Origin: an archaeon
Lineage (GTDB): Archaea > Iainarchaeota > Iainarchaeia > Iainarchaeales > JANQMZ01
Assembly: GCA_028279805.1 (NCBI GenBank)
Contig: JANQMZ010000007.1
Coordinates: 330,001-362,000, forward strand
Length of the DNA: 32,000 nucleotides
Reading direction: 5' to 3'
Each line of letters opens with the position of its first letter. Positions within the stretch are counted from its first letter, which is position 1. Under the pieces are notes generated by a model that worked only from the letters and a program-made list of their open reading frames with translations, did not search any database and was not told the origin of the DNA. Below are positions 25,701 to 32,000 of this stretch, in pieces. Both the position numbers and the translations under genes were made by a program.

Positions 25701-27923
25701 AAAAGTGTTAAATTGCCTCAGGGCACTGAACCAAAAGAAATTGAATTGCTGGTTTGCGGAATCAATCCGACAGATTTGGTTAAAAAAGCTTCAACTGTTC
25801 AGCCGGGAACATATTATGCTGTTGCAATGTGGGAAGACGGTCCTGACAAGCTTGATGCAGGATTTATAGATGAAGCAGCTTTATCAGCTTACAGAAAAAA
25901 TGAAAGCGAATTTTCAGCAAGAGGAAATGCCCAACAGGTTGGAGTAAGCAGGCAATTGGACGGGAAAAAATACGCCGGAGTCGGAACATATTTTGCGGGT
26001 TGTACCGCCACATCATTGATTGCAGGAATGTGGATAAAAGGACCCGGAGATTTGGTTTTTGATTGTGTGATTCCGAGTGTCTGGGCAACTGCAGACATAG
26101 CATTAGACTTTGGAAGCTTTTATGATAATACGGTTAAACCTTTTTTGAGCCAGATCCCTTTGCTGGAAACCATTATTCCGGGAGCTGAAACTGAAAACAA
26201 TTTTGAAGAAACATTATTAGGACCGGGAAGAGCCGGTTTGAGCGCAAGGCTTGTAACACAATTGTTAAGTGACAACGCAACAGACGGAGCACAAAGGCTG
26301 GCAAATGTGGTGGTGGATGAATGGAACAATGCTCATTTGAATGACATTGTTAAAAACGCACCTAATGAAACATCAAGAGTTGATGCATTCAGAAACACTT
26401 TGAGAAGAAATACCGCTGAAGCTGCCGAAACAGCTTTGAGAAATGTTAAAAGCAGGAGAATAACAACGCCTGTGACAATGCGTAACAATATTGTCGAGGT
26501 ATCAAAAGATGCAATGCAAACCGGTTTGACTAAAACTCTTTCCAACAGAAGCGTAACCAATGGCTTGGCTCAGGCTGCAGAGTCAGCCGGAATAAAAGTG
26601 TTTACAGCCGGTTTGGGTGTTGCGACGGCAAGCCTGTTTGCATCAGCAGATGTTGCGAAAGAGGTTTCAAAAGGAACGCCGGAGGTTCTTAACGGAATTA
26701 CATTTGAAGATTTGACAAATAAAACCATTTCTGGGCAGCAAAGAGAAGCAAGAAGAAACGCTCTGCAGGTATTCAAAAACAATCAGAGTAAAATTATTGA
26801 TGACACAATAGCGGCTCTTCAAAAAGATGGACGAGTTGGAAAAGAACTGTTAAGTAAGCCGTTGGAAGAAGGTGGTGGGGAGACGCTTGAAGGATTTATA
26901 AGAAAAGAATTGCAAGAGAAGATTGGAAATTCTGCGGATAGCATAGATGTAAGACAAATTGAATCTGGAAGATATTCAAAATGGCAAGTTAACACAAAAT
27001 CATCAGAATTGACTGAAAGAATAGTGAATGAAAGCCTGGCAAAAGTTTCAAAGAATGAAAACGTTCAAAATGTTTTAAGGGAAAGCCTTTCAAGCCAGGC
27101 TCAAAAAGAATTAGGGCAGCAATTGTCAAAAGAATTTGATGAAGTTGTTGAAAGGATTTATCCAGAAGAAGCTGGAAAGCTGGCAAGAAATACTGCCAGA
27201 GGATTCAATTTAAGGCATTGGACACAAATAGCCAGAACAATGGGATTGGGCTTGTTTAAAGGAATTGGTTCTCAGACAGTTGGTTATGCATTGTGGAACT
27301 TGTATTGGACTAACGGACCGGGAGCAACACCATTGCAAGGCGGTGTTTTGGTTGACGGGGCATTTGTAAAAGGAGCTCCGGTACAAATTCAGATAACACA
27401 GCATGGAAAGAAAAAAATAGAATTTGTTCCTATTGATGAAACAATTAGCCCCGGGCTTGTTGAAACAATGAACCGGGATGTTCAGGCAAACAAATCGATT
27501 TTATGGCAGGATGAAGGAATATTCAAATGCAGTGATTATGGTGAAACAAAAGCAGGTTGTCTGCTGCTGGTTGACCCTGCAAGCCAGAGTGTAAGGCAGG
27601 AGTTTAATGAAACACAAGCATTTGTTTATTCAACAAATCTGGATGCAATAAACGGTGCAAGCGAATCTTACGGAGTAGAAGAAAATGAATTGCTTGCTGT
27701 TCTGTTAACAGATGCTGACACAATTAATGGTTGCTCAGTTCCAAGCAAAACATGGTACTTTGATTTGCAAAGCGAAGAAGACAGAACAGGAATAATTAAT
27801 TGTGTTGCTGGAAAAATGAATGCGGTTAATGGCAATTATGGCCAGTTGGGTTACAGTGTAAGTCAATTGAACACAATTTCATCTTTGTCAAAAGCTTTTA
27901 AGGAAGTAAATGCCTGTAGTTAA
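19722..27923 (+). CDS. Giant N-terminally anchored surface protein (2733 aa), no recognisable family beyond beta-sandwich repeats
   Basis: This is an uninterrupted 8.2-kb ORF with GGTG at 19712-19715. The N-terminal ~45 aa module is (WYNFADALEKKGIPLTIYTNFLEEKGIPSLPF), followed by a TM helix (TIGTFILLVGVFYFFLIM). Six ~85-aa CarboxypepD_reg-like modules come next. The rest is a long Cys-pair-rich region, then a helical C-terminal region with three hydrophobic segments. Confidence 0.9.
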   Translation: MVMEQIGRFYAGIEEKWYNFADALEKKGIPLTIYTNFLEEKGIPSLPFTIGTFILLVGVFYFFLIMNAGINPTLQLSVVDQVGNPVGGVQLNVSGPGFDSFTRNVGSSELLALAPMNVGSVVTIKASKENYSSTTQEIKISGETQPVKIVLETNFNHIVGQASFVDAETGTVITDITGATVTDALGRTYRGRVSDGKVVFANVPEGEELDILITTRNYEEYDNTISFSENEIPAIELMPILAGFAAKTDLLIEVRDETGEFAKNVLIKILNESGESIYEEDSETGTFQAQLDERKIVQIVVEKEDYLIFNSEPFTLTGDETQYTVNLRKGGEKLTITVVNQASTPLSNAFVALHNFEGKFVDSKETGIDGIAEFANLDPNLAYFVSGSRSGFLAERMNVEPAKTENVILRLEGISPANSVNAKVFVFESEVSPANNSTVSFFEITEDKELPLGLPPARTNITGLVEFKVKPNTNVLVKAQRGLMESEASFVPEIGKENEIRIILELPPTITRLNFVDETGKHQKGSVLITTESGDTLFDGKIESGKILFNSDNYKSVIVNVELEDGTTYTEKLLIGNEKELSLTVAGEKNSGAKPELEFLGIFNEQGQKVEAISKEKPYYLKFKTVFAPGTAKAGLHVRLGPDSVKYVDSQGMGILGFDAVTGNYFLGTTYTPEPLPGNESIDKQNSGGKESYNKLVELYYSEPNEIEIAKIKVQARQTFDAKEFDVHYRAWVETSGKIYREPQDKELGNERFSSVKSGLYAETQRTSVKVSESQVHCGENICADYVFVDESGLVFEENEFKPVLGKTYALQMNLNSGQTVTPSVLISTEKQEPKILFSSYQVQAFGAFPGGDAKRVELRVEGLRILANQERNVRAFFKTDNAGSSFVNVKIALGENITEKTFYFNVSKQKEFEIEVVPEKIFVGDNFVILLTDTETGSLIENATIQLETTKNELVRTVIGNGSIDRGAGGRYLVKEGMGIGEYRAIISAPEYKTIEYPLLILEEGLIELADVKISLAHSQSKSGVNAVLTNKSKFSLENVSIEIREDSQWPDELRLKLVTEPQKVGSNGKASFRIEAEYTGELEERAYGEADLIASGFIAGKFYSQTISRIRVSYNEQFDAECLAFDKKNIDVSMLGITGNQQTVSFRATNNCGKQLELKPEVSGEHSDKELRLQPSDIIIRAGEEKEFDVDVSNRINRYYSGPEERKFRVYYRSPQITKVLDIRILLTHPSFSLQTNDNIDVFLSPEEGSSKATGHGNLFIKNVGSRAIEAINISPGATQSNITLRVLPVGGLYGQGSQAVGLPHPTRGAATIFDILSLGSFTPAKTPYLEPQALAFSPTKRPVYGGLDVSTQQLRPGEQINPPMTIYAETSALKTLPREPQKRILEISGVIDGRRYPLKTVTVWLHASSPQCLKIFGANNKAFRSGDSSEGSISHNIDIKNDCGEEVRNISIEPENFGGNTFELVPLDTSFLRQGQRASFKLILKKGSDYSTLEGRTETLFVKGFLVRTQRFIKSAPISGIIIEIGQKAEAIGKATSPVAIPVCELPEEDGLAVKFPVIAKGNDCTTGYCDAEQFSEFLLEKLDNKVSDVQRKIRAGSGNTASFAGCDPTQPFCSFSSMGVISAPVYSYFQNDLLSKDVIKHVQDQGRYKSVQKMQPEFRQVDIEKLNASFTINQLMISEVIRGCGRYELSFDGAVQNVGGKLLENNIVLQVNVIGKSHTDECNPTKIQNIMNFLPQDEGLTTLDRKGTWLGLIQYESRNEGFKELASDLSNTLFGTETGRTTTGATGTNRLNLELGELEGNSIVKIETDQRSEETPQPRNSKVILTDLYAQSSEAYRNEIGKEAGKALAALKQSQIKGCIAQDESYLLLESAEDVGNTKITGPKGLPLTTAEFCSAYKVESSLIGGEIELEASTETDPVPGIENIVLKNSNGEELGNNGSNVYTTDNGVPIRLNENEETGQFEYEFQLCVDGKGPVVFEARDQNVALQAKSVKLPQGTEPKEIELLVCGINPTDLVKKASTVQPGTYYAVAMWEDGPDKLDAGFIDEAALSAYRKNESEFSARGNAQQVGVSRQLDGKKYAGVGTYFAGCTATSLIAGMWIKGPGDLVFDCVIPSVWATADIALDFGSFYDNTVKPFLSQIPLLETIIPGAETENNFEETLLGPGRAGLSARLVTQLLSDNATDGAQRLANVVVDEWNNAHLNDIVKNAPNETSRVDAFRNTLRRNTAEAAETALRNVKSRRITTPVTMRNNIVEVSKDAMQTGLTKTLSNRSVTNGLAQAAESAGIKVFTAGLGVATASLFASADVAKEVSKGTPEVLNGITFEDLTNKTISGQQREARRNALQVFKNNQSKIIDDTIAALQKDGRVGKELLSKPLEEGGGETLEGFIRKELQEKIGNSADSIDVRQIESGRYSKWQVNTKSSELTERIVNESLAKVSKNENVQNVLRESLSSQAQKELGQQLSKEFDEVVERIYPEEAGKLARNTARGFNLRHWTQIARTMGLGLFKGIGSQTVGYALWNLYWTNGPGATPLQGGVLVDGAFVKGAPVQIQITQHGKKKIEFVPIDETISPGLVETMNRDVQANKSILWQDEGIFKCSDYGETKAGCLLLVDPASQSVRQEFNETQAFVYSTNLDAINGASESYGVEENELLAVLLTDADTINGCSVPSKTWYFDLQSEEDRTGIINCVAGKMNAVNGNYGQLGYSVSQLNTISSLSKAFKEVNACS
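19941..21480 (+). repeat. Array of six divergent ~85-aa beta-sandwich (carboxypeptidase-regulatory-like) modules at the protein level
   Basis: There is a recurrent pattern of (V/I)x(V/F)xDxxGxP(V/L)xxAxVxL...(T/S)DxxGxxxFxxLxxGxYxxxxxxxGF-like strands. Examples are LSVVDQVGNPVGGVQLNV..., LIEVRDETGEFAKNVLIKI..., ITVVNQASTPLSNAFVAL... and LNFVDETGKHQKGSVLIT... Confidence 0.55.
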
Positions 27924-27939
27924 AAAAATGTGATTTAAA

Positions 27940-29670
27940 TTGAATGAAAAAGCGTTTAATCTTTTTACTGCGTTACTTTCATTCATTTTAATCATTTTAA
28001 CTGTTTTATTGTTGAATGCGATGCTTCAGGCTGAAGGCGATGCTCAAAGCATTTTGTCAAGCACAAGCGAACAGTCAAGGCTTGAAGCCGTGCTTGAACT
28101 GACAAGAGCTGATGCTTTGCAGATATTTAACCATGCAATGCGTGTTTCAATAGAAGAATATATGGCTCTGAATGAAATTACTTTTGAAAGGGATAAATGG
28201 CAGGATTGGGATGCATTAATTGAAGATGTAAGGGTTGGAAAATTCGGAGGGCAAAGAGAAGATGAAACTGAGACAACTGCTTTTGCAAGTTTAATGGCTT
28301 CAAATCTGGTCAGCCTGTATTCAAGTTCGGATTTTGGTGCTGTTGGCTCCTATGATATTTCAATTGATACAAAAAGCCAGAAAAACTTAAGGGACGCATT
28401 AAAAGATATTTTAACAGCAGATGATTCTTTTTTGCAGGTGGTTGGATGTGAAAATGGAAAAATTGAAACATGTGAAAAAGGCACTTTTTACCTGGAACTT
28501 GACATGAGTGTTTTGTCAGATGAAGATTATGAAACAAAAATTCCAAAAATTGTGTTAAAAGACAATTCAACAAGCAGAACAATACGAGACCCGGTTCTTC
28601 CAAAAACAAAAATAAGATTGTATGTTCCTCTGCGTTTGTTTAAAGCAATAGCTTATTCAAGGGCAATGGCTTTCAATGTGGATGCACTTGAAGTGAATAA
28701 TACTGTGGAAGATTACGGCTTGTTGTCTTTAAGAATGCATAACGAGTTTGACAGCATGGCGCTTGGCTTATGTGATCCGGGTTATTGTAAAGCAAGAACA
28801 AATCCTTATTATCCGCCCATATCAAAAAGTTCAACTGAAGCATGCCCGTTTAATGAACCGAGAGTAAATGATTATTATGAAAATAATCCGATAAGGCTTG
28901 ACCCAGATGAAACATTGTCATTTACAAATGTTTCAAAATATAATCCGACTCCGTCGGCAAGGGATTCAGGAAAACAGCTTGGCAATATTGTGATTGACAG
29001 AGCCTGCGAAATAGCGGAAAAACAATTTACACAGGTTGCTTACGGAGGAAAATCGTTGGAAGAATTGGCCGGTGAAACATTTGAATTAAAGGGAACAAGT
29101 GATTGTTCTTTCATCAGCAAAGCTGTTGCGGGTTCAAATTCAAGAATTTCAAAAAGAATAGCTGGAAGCGGAGGCTCAGGAGGAGGCGGAAGAAATGTTT
29201 CTGTGCAAAGGCCAAACCTTTCATTTGCAAATCCTAATTCAATTTGTCCTCTGAGTTCTGCACAGTTGGCTGACTCGCAGCAAATGGGCTGGGGTGGACT
29301 ATATTTTAATCCGAATACGGGAAAACATGAAAAGCCGGATACAAGCGGAATGATTTTTTTTAATGATGCGGATTTTGAAGATTTTGCGGAATGTGCACAG
29401 CTTGAAACTTTAAGAATAACAATAGAATTTCAAGAAAAAGATGAAAGGTATAAGGTAAGCGAGTCAGATTTGACTTACAAATTTGTTTTGGCAGACGATT
29501 ATGTTCCGTTTAATCCAAACATGGTTATTGGTGAGCCTGACGCAGCATGTTCTTTGCAGATGCCTTTCCCGTCACCAAATTATAATGAAAATGACTGGAC
29601 ATGCCGTTATGGCGGAAGCGCGGGAGGATTATCTGAAGGGGGAACAATAAGCGGATGTTATCCTGCTTAA
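27940..29670 (+). CDS. Large (576 aa) Cys-rich protein with a pilin-like N-terminus, hypothetical
   Basis: The frame opens after TGA at 27931-27933. The only start that retains the N-terminal helix is TTG 27940, preceded by GTGAT (27929-27933). The N-terminus is MNEKA|FNLFTALLSFILIILTVLLLNAML. A Gly linker AGSGGSGGGGRN is present. The product has many Cys residues. Confidence 0.7.
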   Translation: MNEKAFNLFTALLSFILIILTVLLLNAMLQAEGDAQSILSSTSEQSRLEAVLELTRADALQIFNHAMRVSIEEYMALNEITFERDKWQDWDALIEDVRVGKFGGQREDETETTAFASLMASNLVSLYSSSDFGAVGSYDISIDTKSQKNLRDALKDILTADDSFLQVVGCENGKIETCEKGTFYLELDMSVLSDEDYETKIPKIVLKDNSTSRTIRDPVLPKTKIRLYVPLRLFKAIAYSRAMAFNVDALEVNNTVEDYGLLSLRMHNEFDSMALGLCDPGYCKARTNPYYPPISKSSTEACPFNEPRVNDYYENNPIRLDPDETLSFTNVSKYNPTPSARDSGKQLGNIVIDRACEIAEKQFTQVAYGGKSLEELAGETFELKGTSDCSFISKAVAGSNSRISKRIAGSGGSGGGGRNVSVQRPNLSFANPNSICPLSSAQLADSQQMGWGGLYFNPNTGKHEKPDTSGMIFFNDADFEDFAECAQLETLRITIEFQEKDERYKVSESDLTYKFVLADDYVPFNPNMVIGEPDAACSLQMPFPSPNYNENDWTCRYGGSAGGLSEGGTISGCYPA

Positions 29671-29768
29671 ATCACATTTAAATATTATTAAAAGCTAAAA
29701 TTATCGATAAGTTAATATATTCTGAAAAAGAAATAATACTTAGTTAATAAAGTTATAAAGTGAAAGAA

Positions 29769-32000
29769 ATGCCTGAGGATAATTTTTACCGGAAAATTGA
29801 AAACAAGTATTATGATTTAATGGAATCAATTGACGGGAAAGGCATTCCTGTCTACAAAGTTATTGATTTTATTGAGGAAAGAAATATTCCGAGTTTTCCG
29901 GTTTTTATTGTATTTATTCTTGCATTGGTTTTAGGAATCGGCTTTTTGCTTTCAGGATTTTTGCAGCCTACTGTTCTTGTATCTGTTTCAGGCAACGGGC
30001 AAAAAATTTCACTGGCTAACGTGGAATTGGTTGTGGACGGGGAAATTTTTTCTTCAGGAACAACAGATGAATCCGGAAATGTTTTATTGGTTGCACCTTC
30101 GGAAAAAAATTTTTCAATACAGGTTTCAAAAGCCGGGTTTGAAGACAAAACTTTGAGAGGCTTACTGTCAGATGGAAGCACTGTTGATGTTGAATTGCTG
30201 GAAAAAATTGGAAGCAGAATAATTTCATTCAAGGACGATGAAACCGGTGCATTAATTGAACAGGATTTGGTTGTAACTTTTTATTGTTCTGATTCTGATT
30301 TTGAAACAACACGTGTTTTAAGTGACGGAACAATTGAACTTGAAAATGTTCCGGGGGATTGTGGCACACTGACTTTCAGGCAGATTGAAGGATTTGAATC
30401 TGGAACAACCTCAATTAATGTTAATGAAGCTGAATCTGAAATTGTTTTAAAAAATCTGGGCAGTACCGGAATTGCTGATGTAATAGTTACAGGTGAAGAT
30501 GGCTTGCCTGTTTTCGGGGCAACAGTTTCTCTGATGAGTACACAGGGAACAAAAAACGAGGAAGATGACATTGTGGAACAGGTAAGCGAAACAACACAGG
30601 CAGGGATTGCTTCATTTGAGTCTGTGCCTTTGTCAGATTATTATGTGATTGTGGCAGACGATGAACATGAACAAAAGAAAAGCGAGATTCAGAGCCTTTC
30701 ATTTGAAGCTTTAACGTTTAGTGTTTCTCTTGAAAAAACAAGTTCGGGAATTGTAAAAGTCAGAGTTAAAAATGCACAGAATGAATTGTTAAAAGATGCG
30801 CAGGTTAAACTTGTAAAAGAAGATGTGGAACATGATTCAGGCTTTACTGATGAATCTGGTACAGTGGAATTAAGGGTTAATGCTTCTTTGAATTATAATT
30901 TGATTGTTTCAAAGCAGGGATTTGCCGAGGCAAAAGTTTCAAATGTTTCAGTCGGGGAAGAATTTTATGAAATTAGTTTAACAAAAGCAACAGCTTCAAA
31001 CACTGCCAATCTGGTTGTAAAAGTTATTGATTCAGAATCAGATCCGGTGGAAAACGCAAAAATTTTGTTAAAATATGCGGATGGTGAAACCGCCGGAGAG
31101 CCTGTTATAACGGGAATTAAGGGAAAGGCAGAGTTTTTTGACGTGGCTCCGGGAAGATATTATGTTCACGCGGTAAAAGAAGGATTTGAAGGGGTAACCA
31201 CAAACGAGTTTTCCTTAAATGCAGGGCAACAGAAAACTGAAACATTTCAGTTAAAACTGGGTTTCGGGCAGATTGATGTAATTGTTTTAAACGATGACGG
31301 GGAAAAAATAAGCGGAGCAACAGTTAAAGCTTATGATTTTTATTCACAGCAACTGTTAGACGAAAAACTTGGAAGCGAGGGAACAGCATCCTTTAATTTA
31401 AGAGTTGACAGGCTGCCTTTTTTTGTTATAACCCATCCTGATTATTCTTCTTTTACAAGTGCAACATTAAAACCTGTTAAAGGATTAACACAGCAGAAAA
31501 AAGTTGAACTTGTAAAAAATGTTTCAGCATTAAAAGCAGAATTTTTAGGATTGTTTTTGAATGAACAAACTGAAAAATCCTTAAACCCGGGAACAAAATA
31601 CACTGCAAAAATGAGATTGCTTGTTCCTGAAACAAAAACATATTCAAAAGTCGGATTCTTTTTAAGAACAGGGGAAGGAGTTCTGAACAAAACAAACAAA
31701 ATGGAAGAAGACTCGGTTTTTATTAAAAATGTTAAAACGTCGGCAGACAGTTTGAGAAAAGGAATGTCTTATACGCCCAACAAAGGTTTTTCATCTGATG
31801 CTAAAAATTTAACATCAGGCAATGCAAAATGGGTTCAGATGGAATGGGAAATTCAGGGATTACTACCAAAAACAGGAGTGTTTGAAGTTGAAGCAGAAAT
31901 ACAGGTAAAAAGTGAGGCAAGCATAGGCGATTCCGCAAAAATTTCTTACAGAGGTTTCGGAATTTCAGGGAATACAATTGAAAGAAATCCTGTTGACAAT
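29769..32000 (+). CDS. Giant N-terminally anchored surface protein, paralogue of 19722-27923, 3'-truncated by the window edge (at least 744 aa)
   Basis: This ORF is not in the track because it runs off the window. My hand translation from ATG 29769 found no stop through 32000. The N-terminus MPEDNFYRKIENKYYDLMESIDGKGIPVYKVIDFIEERNIPSFPVFIVFILALVLGIGFL parallels the 2733-aa protein. Six beta-sandwich modules follow, then ALKAEFLGLFLNEQTEK, which corresponds to ELEFLGIFNEQGQK in the paralogue. Confidence 0.8.
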   Translation, partial: MPEDNFYRKIENKYYDLMESIDGKGIPVYKVIDFIEERNIPSFPVFIVFILALVLGIGFLLSGFLQPTVLVSVSGNGQKISLANVELVVDGEIFSSGTTDESGNVLLVAPSEKNFSIQVSKAGFEDKTLRGLLSDGSTVDVELLEKIGSRIISFKDDETGALIEQDLVVTFYCSDSDFETTRVLSDGTIELENVPGDCGTLTFRQIEGFESGTTSINVNEAESEIVLKNLGSTGIADVIVTGEDGLPVFGATVSLMSTQGTKNEEDDIVEQVSETTQAGIASFESVPLSDYYVIVADDEHEQKKSEIQSLSFEALTFSVSLEKTSSGIVKVRVKNAQNELLKDAQVKLVKEDVEHDSGFTDESGTVELRVNASLNYNLIVSKQGFAEAKVSNVSVGEEFYEISLTKATASNTANLVVKVIDSESDPVENAKILLKYADGETAGEPVITGIKGKAEFFDVAPGRYYVHAVKEGFEGVTTNEFSLNAGQQKTETFQLKLGFGQIDVIVLNDDGEKISGATVKAYDFYSQQLLDEKLGSEGTASFNLRVDRLPFFVITHPDYSSFTSATLKPVKGLTQQKKVELVKNVSALKAEFLGLFLNEQTEKSLNPGTKYTAKMRLLVPETKTYSKVGFFLRTGEGVLNKTNKMEEDSVFIKNVKTSADSLRKGMSYTPNKGFSSDAKNLTSGNAKWVQMEWEIQGLLPKTGVFEVEAEIQVKSEASIGDSAKISYRGFGISGNTIERNPVDN
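29967..31525 (+). repeat. Array of six beta-sandwich (carboxypeptidase-regulatory-like) modules at the protein level
   Basis: Examples are KVIDSESDPVENAKILLKYADGETAGEPVITGIKGKAEFFDVAPGRYYVHAVKEGFE and IDVIVLNDDGEKISGATVKAYDF...GSEGTASFNL. The number and order of modules match the paralogue. Confidence 0.55.

Noticed and set aside
27657-27731. Possible lytic-transglycosylase-like motif (ASESYGVEENELLAVLLTDADTING) at the C-terminus of the 2733-aa protein
   Set aside because: The 'YGV..xLLxAxL' stretch resembles the start of SLT domains. However, the expected catalytic E-S after the helix is replaced by T-D, and I cannot see the downstream motifs. This is too weak to claim without a profile or structure search.
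1-32000. Alternative genetic code, CRISPR arrays and mobile elements
   Set aside because: TAA, TAG and TGA all terminate genes at sensible boundaries with coupled downstream starts. I saw no regularly spaced direct repeats and no transposase or integrase-like ORFs.

Overview
The window is an AT-rich archaeal segment, judged by eye. Archaeal markers are a wHTH-fused CTP-dependent riboflavin kinase, a PAC2-family protein, class III (prepilin-type) signal peptides, a FlaI/FlaJ-type pilus motor and an archaeosortase-family protein. Start codons are preceded by GGTG, GGAGG or GTGAT Shine-Dalgarno cores. A small-genome, DPANN-like episymbiont is my guess, not a demonstrated fact. I found no rRNA, tRNA, CRISPR array, transposase or integrase. 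Roughly four-fifths of the window encodes cell-surface machinery.

1. A nine-gene minus-strand type IV pilus-like operon (9856-18402) has a 761-aa ATPase, a 770-aa FlaJ-like platform protein and seven pilin-like proteins. One pilin gene has its own TATA box, strong SD and hairpin plus oligo-T terminator, so it is the likely major pilin.

2. Three giant surface proteins have no family I can name.
- A 1623-aa secreted protein ends in a sortase-type tripartite C-terminus (LPSLPEN, hydrophobic helix, RKR).
- A 2733-aa protein and a protein of at least 744 aa are tandem paralogues. They share a duplicated KGIP/IPS N-terminal module, a membrane anchor and six beta-sandwich modules.

3. A 177-aa archaeosortase-family gene lies directly upstream of the 2733-aa gene.

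4. A 576-aa Cys-rich protein with a pilin-like N-terminus and a TTG start sits between the two paralogues.

The 5' edge carries a second, split TadB/TadC-like platform pair. Smaller items are a GC-rich double hairpin, an unlisted 58-aa basic ORF and a head-to-head gene pair sharing a CATG at their starts. All functional calls rest on motif recognition by eye and need profile or structure searches.
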